From: Nemertoderma westbladi | Lineage: Eukaryota; Animalia; Xenacoelomorpha | NCBI GenBank assembly: GCA_032718475.1 | Contig: JAUCBJ010007967.1 | Span: 17,753-81,752 of the forward strand | Direction: 5' to 3' | Length of the DNA stretch: 64,000 nt | Shown here: piece by piece, positions 25,801-38,649 of the stretch | Layout: every line of letters begins with the position of its first letter | Position numbering within the stretch: the stretch's first letter is position 1 | Notes under the pieces: model-generated | Databases searched by the model: none | Told to the model about the DNA's origin: nothing | The model's input: the letters and a program-made list of their open reading frames with translations, nothing else | Translations under genes and position numbers: made by a program

Positions 25801-26471
25801 AAAACAATCAATCAATCAAACCATAATCAGCACAGTCAGCCTACGCATGGGTGGTACCTACGGTGCGCACTACAACGGCTGAACGGCAGTACAGCAATAC
25901 GGTGTACCGTGCCAATGACTGAATGATTAGCGGTAACTACTGAACTATCTAAACTATTATATTATTATTACCGGTACTAGGCTAATTAGGCCTAAACTAT
26001 AATCACCGCAAGGGTTTCCAGGGCCATGTTTAGATTACATGATATGGCATGTCTGCAGTGTATGGTACCGGCTGACCTGTATTACAGCCTGACAGTACCG
26101 GTACAAATGGTACATGCAGATTGGCAGACAGCCCCTATGTTTTGCAAAATTTGTCAGAAAACCAGCTGATTTATCCTACAGTAATAATAATTTAACGCAT
26201 GTTAATTTTGGATAAATAAATATATTATAACTACAATAACAGTTACACTGATGCTGCACGAAGGCCCCACGCAAATTCTACTTGGAAAATTTTCAAACTT
26301 TTGCCAAACAACATGTGTACCAAGTTTGGATAGATTTCATCAAGGATTGGCCGAGTTATTAACGTTTAAAATAAAATACTGAAAAAAACCACGCGACAGA
26401 ACGACAGAACGACAGGTTGATTAATGGTACCACTACGCTAAGGCTCTCTCACTTCGTGGCTCGCCCCACAA
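22873..26471 (-). mobile_element. Non-autonomous Helentron/DINE-1-like (HINE-type) composite element, inverted relative to 44277-49458
   Basis: Terminal GTGGCTCGCCCCAC, (CGACAGAA)n microsatellite, and long reverse-complement matches to 44.3-49.4 kb. Confidence 0.7.
23909..24392 (+). mobile_element. Diverged TGTAAAAG head, copy C, inside the HINE-like element
   Basis: Shares TGTAAAAGC, TAACAGCTGA, CCAATGAGAGCG and AACGGCT landmarks with the other heads. Confidence 0.65.
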
Positions 26472-27799
26472 GTCGGGGTGCAAGGGGGTGAATGTGCCGG
26501 ATTACAAATAATTATAACTTATAAGTGGTGTGTACGAAAGTAATTAATCGGTATTCCCGTTTTCATATAAACAATAATGTCTATAAATTGTAAGCAGCAA
26601 TTTCTCCAAGGAATGAGGTTTAAGCGACAGTGTTTGATTGTTTATACATGACCTACTTTATACAGAGTATGTTTAATCTGTTTACCTTTACTGGAGCCAC
26701 TGCTTATTACTGTATAATAAAACGAGCTAATTAAGTTATTGTCCCATGCTGGGGTGGGGATATACATTCACTAACCACAGTAAGGTCTTAACGTAATAAC
26801 TACGGTAATAACGTTTATTGTTTTGGTTCCCCCAATACTCCTCTGAAACCTGCTCCTTTACTAAACTACTCCTTTACTAACCTGCTCGCCCCTTTACTGT
26901 CTGCACCAGTGTCTGCACCAGGAGTCTGCATCACTGTCTGCACCACTGTCTGCTTAACGTTTACACCCTGATTCTGTGGCATAATCAAACTGAACTCAAA
27001 CCAAAACGGCGCTTTTAAGGGCCAACATCCTTTGCCACTATCGAGGAGCTCCCCGTGCTTCAAAGGGAAACATGGCTGCAAAGCGACTAACGCTGGATAA
27101 ATTAGATTTTTTTAAAAATGTGATTAAATCACAAATATTGAAAAGTAAGATAGGTTTAAAGAATTGCCTATAAAATTTGTATACTTTCGTATTGGACCCT
27201 AAATATTTGCATGCAAGCTCAGAATTAAATTATCTTTTGAATGATATATTACACTAAAGTGCATGTCTGGCAGTTTTGGCTGGCCAGGGGGGGGGGGGTG
27301 GGGGGGGGGGGGGAATCATTATGGAACACCCGGTATGTGAAAAAAATTATCGATGAACACTTACAAACCAAATCAATCGAAACTCAAAAACTTAAAAAAT
27401 GCCCTAAGTTTGGTGCATCAAAAATCATGTTAAAACTTAAATACTTGTATCTAGAGCTCAGTAGAGTGCTCCATACCAATAACAATCAATAAATAACCAC
27501 AAAACATCGCTAAGGACGAACTCATAAACCTAAAGACCTTATAAAAAATTCTCTAGAAAATCTAGAAAAAAAAATCTCATAAGACCTTATAAAATTCTAA
27601 AATTTCATAAAAATGTGTGCTCGCGACCAAATTTTGAGGTAGCACCCACATCGAAAAGTACAAACCCAACTGCAACGACGCTTTTTGCAATTTGGCTATT
27701 TTTGCAAAATTGGGCAGATACATACTGGTTGTACAACAGTTTTACAGTTTTTTCCCCTAGAGTGGAATGGGTATCCCGTTCTAGATCCATAATAGGTAT

Positions 27800-28170
27800 G
27801 TTGCATTGTCGCTGTATTATTGATTATGCTCTGCCGGCATGGGAATTGCGCTGCCACAACTCCCAATCCAATCAGGCAATCACCGTTGACCTTCGTGAGA
27901 TTATCCACATCTTCAAGGCCAGTGTTCAGGTGTCACGCTTTGTGGAATAATGTGCTGTATATGAATAGTATCTTATTGTTGGATATGTATAGTGCGCATT
28001 GATTGTACTTGACACAGTGAACCTGACGTAGCATTCTTGTGAATGTGCCATCCAGAGATTTGGTGACCTCAGCAGTTAGAGCCCAGCATGGACTCCCATA
28101 GACGAGTACTGGAACTACTGCTGTTCTAAATAATCGGACCTTAAGTTTCCAATGTATTCTGTGTGACTTA
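27800..28170 (-). mobile_element. RTE LINE 3' fragment
   Basis: KLKVRLFRTAVVPVLVYGSPCWALTAE matches the 50573-52030 ORF. Confidence 0.85.
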
Positions 28171-28415
28171 CTATAATCATGTATACAGTGTACAATCCAT
28201 TCAAAATCTTCCCAATACGAATCCAAGATCCTTTCACATTCTATCCCAAAGCGCACTAATCCAAATAAGTTTGTATACCTCTTACGCTCGCTAAGTATTT
28301 TTTTGCAATATACTTTTTTAAATTACTCATACTCATATTCCTGAGTTCAAGTGGGAATAATATTCGCTCTGTCTCAATACCATTGGTTAATCTGTTCGTG
28401 TATTTTACCTTGCAG

Positions 28416-31399
28416 GCCGGGGATATCAAACGAATGTCACCTCGCCTCCAGTCAATCTCCGGTAGTCATCACAACTGCCCTAAACCACAGAGCGGTTTGT
28501 CAGCTCAGGCGAAACCTCATCAAGCCCCGACACATTCGAAGCCTTCACAACAAGCACCTGCCGTAGTGAAACCCCTACAAACACCCTCACAAGCTAAACA
28601 AACGCAGCATAATATTATAACACCAGTAATGCCAAAACTACGACCTAATTTGTCATCCCCCAATACAACCCCTACAGAATCGCTATCAATTACACCGTTA
28701 TCGGTACCACACAGCACATCAACCGTTTCAGTAGCCTTAACACCGCGCAGCTATTCTCCTGTATCATTAAGCGAGAGTATATCGAACTCCATATCAGTAC
28801 CAAACACAATCCAAGCGATATCTGTACCACATACATCCTCAACAGTTCGGCAATCAAAGTCAATCGACTCTGAGTCGCAACAACAGTCGCCCAAACCCCG
28901 CCTTCAACTACTTGGGAGGGCGCATTCATTTAGTCGGACAGCCCATCCTATACCTATCGTAGTAAACCGACGTGCTCCATTGCCCGGGTGTGCTACCAGA
29001 CACCCCCGAGTGAGCCCCACCTCCCAGACACCCGGTGGTTCGCGCCCCAGTGTAGAGAGCCCCACCTCCCAGACACCCGGTGTCTCACGCCCCAGTCTAG
29101 AGAGCCCCACCTCCCAGACACCCGGTGTCTCACGCCCCAGTCTAGAGAGCCCCACCTCCCAGACACCCGGTGGTTCACGCCCCAGTCTAGAGAGCCCCAC
29201 CTCCCAGACACCCGGTGGTTCACGCCCCAGTCTAGAGAGCGCCACCCCCCAGACAGATGTTATTGCTCTGGAAGTGTCTCGGGTAAACCCCACGCTGCCC
29301 GCTTCCGTTGTCACTGACCCGTCTTCTTTATCTATCGGGTCGCCGCTGAATTCTCCCGCGAGCTTCCGGTCTCCCGGGGCCGGTAGAGCAGGGCTCTCCC
29401 CGGTCACCTATTTCCCTCGTTACAACTCGTCCGCTCCCTCATCCCCCCTCAATCCCCGCGGTTTACCCTCCTCCAGCCCGCGTAGTAAACCCGATGCCAA
29501 ATCTCCCGGTCAGTTCAATCTCCGCAGGGCCTCAGTTCTCTCAGGACTTTCGATATCTCGAAGAGACTCCGCCAACAGTCGCAGGCCGGGCGCAGGCTCG
29601 CTCGCCAAAGTAACTGTTAATGTGTGGCCCGCATCCAGTTCTGTGTCCACAGCAAGCACTCTCTCAGTAACCAGTCCTAGTTCCATAGCAACCAGTGCCT
29701 CGTGCTCAGTGACTACTCCGGTTTCCATAGCAACCAGTGTCTCATGCCCAGTGACTAGTCCGATTTCCCTAGCAACCAGTGTCTCAGGCCCACTGACTAG
29801 TCCGGTTTCCATGGCAACCAATGTCTCATGTCCAGTGACTAGTCCGGTTTCCAAGGCAACCAGTGTCTCGTGCCCATTTACTAGTCCGATTTCTATAGCA
29901 ACCAGTGTCTCATGCCCAGTGACTAGTCCGGTTTCCCTGGCAACCAGTGTCTCGTGTCCAGTGACTAGTCCGATTTCCATAGCAACCAGTGTCTCAAGCC
30001 CGGTGACTAGTCCGGTTTCCAAAGCAACCAGTGTCTCGTGTCCAGTGACTAGTCCGATTTCCATAGCAACCAGTGTCTCAAGCCCGGTGACTAGTCCGGT
30101 TTCCAAAGCAACCAGTGTCTCGTGTCCATTGACTAGTCCGATTTCTATAGCAACCAGTGTCTCATGCCCGGTGACTAGTCCGGTTTCCATATCAACCATT
30201 AGCCTGCAGCCTACAACAACCACTGTTTCTACAGCGATGGTGAACCCATTGCCCGTATCCATTGTTTCCGTAGCAACAATTAACCCGATGGTCTCGACTA
30301 ATCCGACTCTCTTGGCGACTACTACCAACCATGTAGTATCGCCTTCCTTCCATTTGGTAATCCTCCCCTCGCCAACGTCCCAGACTGGGGCCGCCCCCAC
30401 ACTGGTACCTCTCATACCGACCTCCAACACGAATCCAGCCATCACACCCACCGCAGGCCCCACCATTCCCACTGGTAGTATCCGAATCCACATACCTGTG
30501 TCATCAGTACCGGGGACTGTAGCCCAATTTGCCTCTTTGTCCTCCATCCCTTCCGGCCACACATTGACTAATACTAACACAATGCTGCCGAGCAGGAAAC
30601 ATTGTCGCGTCCGGAATACCCTGTCCACCCCGTTATTATCCACTGTACCTATAATAACGTCCATCGATGGAAAAATATATAGTGAAATTGTTAGTATAGG
30701 ATCGGAAGAACCTAAAAGTATACCAGTTTTATTAGCGAAGAAGTACTCAGAGCGAAAAATCGCAGCGAAACCTGAAACTGGAACTGAATTCGGGATGAAA
30801 CCGACTCGTCGGAAATTTTCTCCAAAACTTCCGTCTCCCTCAATGAACCGAATGATGTCGCCGTTGGTCCTGCGTAAACTCGCGACTTCCACTCGGGCCG
30901 AATACAAGGTGATCACCAAGTCCGGGATTCCGTCGTCCGTGGCGGGTCCCAGTGCCACCTCGGTGGTGGAGCCCGAAGGAAGCTGGGATGGCTCAGTGGA
31001 GGGGCCCCAAACGGCCATGGCTATGCAGCCGATCCGCGGACTTGTTCGTAAACGTCGCGAGGTCAAGTCTGCTACGATCCTGGATGACATCCAACTCGTT
31101 GACGCTACGCCGGCGTCCCCTTCCTCGGAGGTTAGCCTCCAACTCAAAGCGGATCCGGTACTAGCTGGTCCCGCGGTTCCACCACTATCAGGTTCAACAG
31201 CTTCGGGTTCCGCCGTTCCAGCACCTTCTGGTTCCGCCGTTCCACCACCGATCGGTTCCACTACTCCGGTACTGTCAGCTGATCCGGTCGGGAAGACGGC
31301 GGAAACTCCGGAGATCGTGGCATCCACCTCGTGCGACACGAAGGGGAGTCCACGTAACTCTAGGAAAGTTCGGGAATACAGTCTACCAGACGGGAGAAG
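28416..31399 (+). CDS. PWWP2: Large internal exon of a PWWP2-like chromatin reader (S/T/P-rich, with 15-aa and 14-aa repeats)
   Basis: Acceptor TTTTACCTTGCAG| ending at 28415; ~1000 open codons; phase-2 donor AAG|GTTAGT joins in frame to 37138 giving LPDGRRFRVDDVVWAK; upstream exons not identified. Confidence 0.75.
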
Positions 31400-31829
31400 G
31401 TTAGTATATGGCAGCGGGTGGGTTGACATGACATACTAATACTATAGAAATTGGACCCCATGATACCGAGACCAATAAGATATGGTAAGCCCACTGTAGT
31501 ATACTTGCAAGGTGGCCCAAATAATTAAATATTTTGGAATAGTACATGAATGATCATATTTTTAACACCTCCCAGTCCCATCTCTGCAGTGTTATTTTGT
31601 TAATTGGGCACTATTTTATTTGGTTTAAAACTTAAGTTAATGTCATCTTGGGTTGTGTCTGTGCCGGTACTGGCCTACCTGCATCTATTTGAATAATTGA
31701 TTGGATAATTTATTTGAATGATTTGATCTACTAATAATATGGCTAATGTAGAAACATTTTCAGAACAAACTACAAAAAGACTTAATCCTGTTACAAATTC
31801 AAAAGAGTGTTTCAATGGATGATGAAAAA

Positions 31830-32632
31830 AGATCTTCACGTAGTAGCTCGCTGAAATGTGTACAATGTACACAATAACCTTGGGAAAATTAGCCGAAGCA
31901 CGTCAAGACTCGTTAAATGCAAAGAATGAGTTGATGTCGCGTATAGCCAAGCCCTCACAGAAACAGGGTGCAAGAGATAAACCCTCAGAGTCTACATCTA
32001 CCGAGACTAGCTCATAGACAAGAGCGAGGAGACAGGCCCGCCAGGCAAGGACAAATCCGGTAATTCCACAAGCAAACACGCCTAATCCTTAACTCCTTGT
32101 TCAGTTCCTACTGATACCGGAAGGCCAACTCAACCGTCAAATACATTCGGACTGCGATGCCACCTCCTGGCAACAAGTTCCTCCTCATCGGAAGAGAAGG
32201 ACAATTGCTCGAGGTAATCACGTCAAGGGATCGCTTCGTATTATCATCCCACAACCCCGGACTGCACCAACAAGAAAGATTTGCACATCGGTAGGCTAAA
32301 CACCGATGTGATGGCCAGTTAAATAGAAGATTATCTCACACTGAGAGAGAATATTCAATTCGACGAAGTAAGTGATCTCCCACTCCGAGAGGATGCTCAT
32401 CGTAGTTTCCACATAGTCTGCTCACAGGACGCACATGAAGCTATAATGAATCCTTCACTCTGGCAATCCGGAATCTCCATTCGGAATTATAGACATACCG
32501 ATGAGGAGTGGATTCGGTACAGTGCGAAGCATTTATCCACACAACCTGAGGTTCCTACTGTCAACACTATACCCAAAAAGACTGACTACCAGTCACCTTC
32601 TCCTTGTGGAATATTGAAGGATTTAACTATGT
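31830..32632 (+). mobile_element. Decayed LINE ORF1-like fragment (CR1/L2 group)
   Basis: LHIGRLN...HRSFHIVC...NPSLWQSGISIRNY resembles the ORF1 C-terminal SF...WP.G..VR motif; stops and frameshifts. Confidence 0.5.
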
Positions 32633-33639
32633 AAATTGTAAATGTAAACAAGTATACTTGCAAGGTGCCCCAAATATTGAAATATTTTGGAATAGTACAT
32701 GAATGATCACCTTTTTAACACCTCCCAGTCCCACACTCGGTAGTGTTATGTTGTTAATTGTCCGGGACTGTGTGTTTTAAAGAACGCTTTCGAACTGCCT
32801 TTCCTCGGTACTCAAACTTACAGATAATGGGTTTGGAACTATCAGAGGGGGGTTGAGTCCACCCGATCAGTGATACCTCGACGCACTTGTCGTTACCATG
32901 TCGCAATGTTTATGTGCCGTTACTTGATGTACTATTTGCTATTATACTGAAACGGGGGGGGGGGGGGGGGTCAAGGTTATAGTGTAAAAATGATTTTCGA
33001 TGCATTCGCATTCAAATAAATGCACATCTGATGGAACTCTCTAGTTTGGCCGCCCATTCTCCATGACATTATTAAAAATTGATGATGTATATCGTGAGGT
33101 TGCGAGTCTCCGTACCGTAAACACTATTAGGATGGAGAATAATTATGCGATAAACATGTTCTTGAAAGCTATAGTTACAATCTCTAACTAACAGCTATGT
33201 TGGAAAATTCTGTCCAAAAAGTTGAGCTAGAAACATTTGAATAATGGGTTTCAACAACCCATGTTGTCTGAATCGGGTGGTGGGAGTAAAAACCTGGTGA
33301 TTTCCGTTTCATCCATTGTCGGACGTCAACTTGGCGTTTACTTACACCCATATAGAGTACCAAGCAGACGTACGAGATGCTTAACAAGCAGCACATGGCA
33401 TCGCTTTTAATTAATAAGCCACATGGTTTAAATATTGTTAAACATCATTGTATTCGTAGTCATTGGTAATGACAATTTTAATTAAACACCTTTTAAGTGT
33501 TTAGTTTAGTTCAGTTTATATATTATTATTTCTACGTAATATTTTTAGCCTTTAAAGTTAAATTAAACTTAGTTAAAAGTTAAAATTGTAAATTTGTTTT
33601 ACAAATTTTAACAATTTTCAATATTATTGGACTAAGAAA

Positions 33640-34380
33640 ATGGCGAACTCATTTAATATTGCGGAATTTAGCGACGGACTGAGAGGCAGTCTGGTTGGAG
33701 TGAATCAAGAAGAATCAATGGGAATCTACGACAAAGCGGCTCAAGGGTGGGACAAAATGCTGGGCGAGTTGGGCGACAACTACATCCCGGGATCGCAATG
33801 CGTTAAGTTCGTGTTGGAATCGATATCAGCGCGTCATTGGCGACCGAAAGTCATCGATATCGGTAGCGGAAACGGAATAGTTGGAGAACTTATACACAGA
33901 AAGACTGGCTTCCAGGGAGAACTCCACGCGATGGAGGGAAGTGAAGGAATGATGGATAAAACTCGCGAGAAACCCATTTATTCGCGTTATTTCCAGCAGT
34001 TATTTAATAGGGATGATTGTGGTTTCCCTGACAACTCGTACGATATTGCGATTCTCGGAACGGTTTACGGATACGGCGCAATCGATTGGAAGTATCTCCC
34101 GGAGATTATCCGGATTATAAAGCCTCCGGGTTTGGTCGCGATATCTTCGAATACCGACCGACTTTTAGAGGACAGCCCCCAAGGCACCCTCGAGTCTCAT
34201 CTCTATAAACACGTTGACAATGGCAATTGGAAGCTAATCCACAGGATTAAAGCAACCAATAAACCGATTCTAAGTTACCTGTTCGAAGTAAATGTTGATA
34301 AACCATCGCTTGTTGGTATTCCGGATATGAGCTGCGAAGACCTTCCCTTCCCCAAACCTAAAACTTGCGCCTGGAAATAG
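33640..34380 (+). CDS. METTL27: Intronless class I SAM-dependent methyltransferase, METTL27/WBSCR27-like
   Basis: 246 aa intact; YD..A..WD, motif I VIDIGSGNG, EGSEGM, FPDNSYD, IKPPG as in the WBSCR27 family. Confidence 0.8.
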   Translation: MANSFNIAEFSDGLRGSLVGVNQEESMGIYDKAAQGWDKMLGELGDNYIPGSQCVKFVLESISARHWRPKVIDIGSGNGIVGELIHRKTGFQGELHAMEGSEGMMDKTREKPIYSRYFQQLFNRDDCGFPDNSYDIAILGTVYGYGAIDWKYLPEIIRIIKPPGLVAISSNTDRLLEDSPQGTLESHLYKHVDNGNWKLIHRIKATNKPILSYLFEVNVDKPSLVGIPDMSCEDLPFPKPKTCAWK

Positions 34381-34435
34381 TAGATTTGGAAATTCTTTAT
34401 TTCAGTTTGTTGTTTTATTCTATATGGTTTATGTT

Positions 34436-34683
34436 CTGGCGATGGGTGCGCATAAATAAACCAGTCTGGTTGTTAACCTGGCGATGGGTGCGCATAATTA
34501 AACCAGTCTGGTTGTTAACCTGGCGATGGGTGCGCATAAATAAACCAGTCTGGTTGTTAACCTGGCGATGGGTGCGCATAAATAAACCAGTCTGGTTGTT
34601 AACCTGGCGATGGGTGCGCATAAATAAACCAGTCTGGTTGTTAACCTGGCGATGGGTGCGCATAAATAAACCAGTCTGGTTGT
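34436..34683. repeat. 42-bp minisatellite, ~6 near-identical copies
   Basis: CTGGCGATGGGTGCGCATAAATAAACCAGTCTGGTTGTTAAC repeated. Confidence 0.97.
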
Positions 34684-35783
34684 GGTGTTGCAACGGGATC
34701 GGGTTCCACAATTTTCGGGATTCGGGATTTTTAATTTTATTGCGGCCAATTCATCCAAAAGTTACAATAGCTATCTACCCTGCCCTCTTTATAGGAGTAA
34801 AAAAATCTTTCGAGAAATCTAATGTTTTAAAAAATGCCTATATATGTAAAAATGTCTACTGACTTTTTTCAAATGGTTCGCGGTCGTAGTTTATTTCCCA
34901 CTTACGTTTTTAATATTCTGCAAATTTTTTAATATATCTACTGACTGCAGTCTGACTGAATCGCTGCCATATCTCTATAATGTAATCGGCCTGCTGCATT
35001 GAAGCTGCACATTAGATGCTATGCCGGCTTAACAAAAATATTTTATCACCACCATACAATCCGTAATTGACAAGCCCAATGCAGCGTGCATTAAGAATGC
35101 TGTGCCGGCTTATCAACAAAGTTTAACCGCCACAACTCCCTATCCCCCATGACTTTCGCGAGATTATTCGCATTTTCAAGGCATGTATCCTTTAGGGGGC
35201 GACTCGTCAAAGTCGTGGACTGTCCAGTGTCCACCATGCTTATTTTCCCAAGGGGCTGCCAAAGCACAAGATTATGCACTTGCTGGTCCTCAAGGCGAAA
35301 TCAATGTCCTGCAAAGCGGAGGCGATTTTGTTCAAGTGTCAAGCTTGGAGGAATAAATGCGACACCTATAATGTTATATAGTGTCTGGTTGGAGATGTTT
35401 GCATTGTACTTGAATTGGTGAAACCAGCTGCCACATCTTAATGTATTAATAATAATAATAATATAATATTCAATAAAAAGCAAAGCAACAAGTGTTTCCA
35501 TCATGACATTCATGAATATATATATCTCTGTAGGTAGTTGTAAAAGCAAAACCGTTACCTATTCTTTTAATTTATTATTTACTATTTTTGTTTTTAAAAA
35601 AAATTTTATTTTGTTTTGGGAAAATTTTTATACAATTTTACAAATTTTTTAGTTGCGGAGCATATAAATTTAGAAATAGCAAATCCCGAAAAATCCCGAT
35701 ATTTTACCATCGGGATTGGGATTTTCCATCGGAATCCCGATTTTCGGGACCGGGGTTTTCCGTCGGGATCCTATTGCAACACT
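34684..35783. mobile_element. Non-autonomous TIR element (hAT-like) with CGGGAT subterminal repeats; contains a minus-strand RTE fragment at ~35070-35420
   Basis: GTGTTGCAACGGGATC ... GATCCTATTGCAACAC inverted ends; no clean TSD. Confidence 0.6.
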
Positions 35784-37137
35784 AGTTCACTTCCTATATA
35801 AAGTGAGACTTTTTCGTTAGTTGTTCTGGATAGTGCACAATATTGTTTAATATGTTATTTATATTTCTAATATTGGCTTTTGGTTTATATTTATTTATAA
35901 TTTCCCTTTAAATAGTCAAATATCATTTTAGCTACAATCAACCTAAGCAGTTAATTTCAATATATCGGAATCACAAGTAATTGTGGCCGTCAACTGTTAT
36001 TAAAGTTGAAAGAAAGGAACAGATTACAGTGGCTCGTTATTCTAAGCCAAACAATAAACGACAGTCAACAGCACAAGCTATAGTTTCATTTTTGTTGGTA
36101 AAAAATGGTTGTCGGTTTATGGATGTAGTCTGTCGGCTTTATGGATGTCGGCTTAGCTTTGTGGATATAGACTGTCTGACGGCTTGTTTTGAAAATTTAC
36201 ACATTAATAGTAAACTGTTAATGTAATACATCTTAGACTTCTTGTTGAACTTTTTCCCCTTTTTGGAATGGTTCTTTATCCCATTTTGATTTGTCGAAAA
36301 CTTTTGAAGATATGTAGATTTGAAGAGCCTCAGATCGGGAGAGAAAACCATAATCTGTCCCCTCCTGTAACCAACGTTCAAGCTGATAGAATCGCATATA
36401 TATAATTGGTATCTCGGTGTAAAATAATCAGTTCTGAAATCGTCCTTGAAAATGCTTTCAATTGATGTATAATGTTCATACTCAGCATTTTTTATGTGTG
36501 TTTGGCAGTGTCAGTCGTACCATAAAACGTCCCCCCACCTGTAACCGCCTGTAACCGGGCTCTCATTACATTTACATGAAAGGTTACAGGCAAGGAAGTG
36601 TCCCACGCCTGTAACCAATTATCGTAGAAATTGTGTTAATATAATGGTTACCGGCAGTGGACAGGAAGGGACACGCAGCATATTTGTTTACAGATCATAT
36701 TTAAGGTCCGCCAATACTCGCCTTGAATTCTACGGACTCTGAGCTTTCTGAATATATATCATGTGTTGGGTTTGAGAAACTTTATTTTTTACAAAAAATA
36801 AATGACTCTATGGTTTGGCCACTTTTCTCTATATCGCCCCTGGAGTGTGTTAAGTGACCCACTGAGAAAAAAACTTTCAGAATTTTTATTGCCAAACCGA
36901 ACAATACAATTGTTGGAGTGAGTAACTGCTGAACTTAATGAGCCACTACTGTACTATTTAGGAGGTATAATTTTAGTAGTCCTTGCCCTTATATCGAAAC
37001 GGTACAGTCGCTTATCCTAATTAATATCACCTATAACTTGATCTTGTCTTGTATTAGACTTTCTTTTTATGTTGATATTTGCCATTTAGGATTTACAACA
37101 TTAAACATTCTCAACTATTACTGGTTATACCCTGTAG

Positions 37138-37492
37138 ATTCCGAGTTGATGACGTTGTTTGGGCGAAACTAGCCGGGCATCCGATGTGGCCGGCGGGAAT
37201 CAGAGCGATTATTAAAGAGAAACACGGTCCGGATTCGGTCAGGGTACAAGTCGCATGGTTCGGAGACACTTCCACATCCATGGTCAAGGTAACCAAAGTC
37301 TGGCCATTTGCGGAATTCTTTGAGAGAAAGTTCCTCCGTCGTCGAAGAGATCATTACTACCTGACTGCTGTAAAGAACGCATCCAACAAGGCGAACTACC
37401 ATATCCCCGAGAAACTAGAGAGGTCCTTACCTAAAAACCATCCTTACTCGAAAAACACTAGTCCACCTTCACGAAAATCTAGTTTAATGTAG
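37138..37492 (+). CDS. PWWP2: Terminal coding exon encoding the PWWP domain of the PWWP2-like gene
   Basis: Acceptor CCTGTAG| ending at 37137, phase 2; VVWAKLAGHPMWPA...VAWFG...PFAEFFERKF resembles the C-terminal PWWP of PWWP2A/B. Confidence 0.88.
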
Positions 37493-37752
37493 GAAATTAA
37501 TATATTATATATACCAAGTTATATTTTGTATTTAATTACTAATTAATATATGACATCTTTTCTGGTATGAAAATAAGTTTTCGACAAATATAATTTCAAA
37601 TTTTTTCTCAATTTTTTTATTATCTTCTTTTATATCGTTTACGTCAACTATTTTTTTTAGATAAAATTTTCCACAAAGGAACTTTCCTATTTAATCCCGT
37701 TTAAAAATGTAATCCAGATTCCGATTATTCATTATATCATACTAACCTTAAT

Positions 37753-37910
37753 CGACATGCAGTATTGTATCCCGACATGCAGCATTGTATCCCGACATTC
37801 AGTATTGTATCCCGACATGCAGTATTGTATCCCGACAAGCAGCATTGTATCCCGACATGCAGCATTGTATCCCGACATGCAGCATTGTATCCCGACATTC
37901 AGCATTGTAG
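37753..37910. repeat. 20-bp minisatellite GCAGCATTGTATCCCGACAT, ~7.5 copies
   Basis: Direct reading. Confidence 0.95.
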
Positions 37911-38649
37911 CACCATTTAAAAAAGTAAATGCCATGCCGGGGTATCAACAAAATTGCGGCCCCACAACTCCAAACAACAAACTCATTTATATATGGGGCT
38001 TCCAAAGCACAAGGTAGTGTACTGGCTGGTTTTCATGGGGAAAGCAATGTCATGAAAAGTGGAGGCGGCTCCATTCAAGTGTCATGTTTGGGTTAATGAG
38101 GCACCAAAAAAATAGAGAAAATTATTTCCAGTTCACCCGCCATTTTTATGATGTGTAAATATTTTAATTTATTTCTATGGAATTAATTCACCCACCAAGT
38201 AAGTGGTCGGGAGGTGGAACTATCTCTGTTTCAAATCAGCAGCGTCATCAGTGAAATCATACAATATCATTAAGATTTTTAGAAAAATTAGGGGGAGGGG
38301 CCGCGTCACTGAATTACGACACTTTATTCTAGGACATATGGGGATCACAGCTGTATAATTTTCAAGTATAATTATTTATATCTTATACTATAAAATAATT
38401 AATTTCCATTAAATGGCAGGTGAAAATGCGGTTTAACTTAATCAACTAATTAACTGCTTTAATCTTACCTTCTCGAAGGCCACACGCAAATTCAACTTGG
38501 AAAATTTGTAAACTTTTTCCAAACAACATTAGGGTTAGATTTCGTCGAGGATAGGCCGAGTTATTATCGTTTAAAATTGGACAAAACAGAAGGACAGAAC
38601 AACATAAACACCGATTGAGTTAGTGGTACCGTATGATAAGCTCGCTTAC

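Noticed and set aside
27287-27313. Poly-G/C tracts (also ~23030, 24640, 32960, 38770, 47990)
   Set aside because: Simple homopolymers, mostly inside TE copies; lengths unreliable and no further pattern
29510-31429. 639-aa minus-strand ORF
   Set aside because: Antisense shadow of the repetitive PWWP2-like exon; no domain
34365-34862. ORFs with WRWVRINKPVWLLT repeats
   Set aside because: Translation of the 42-bp minisatellite
36700-37030. Possible TTAA-flanked (Kolobok-like) MITE
   Set aside because: Terminal inverted repeats too weak to support by eye
38221-38260. Minus-strand CTGATGA...GAAAC as another hammerhead
   Set aside because: No stem II pairing; reads as a decayed RT DFTDD motif
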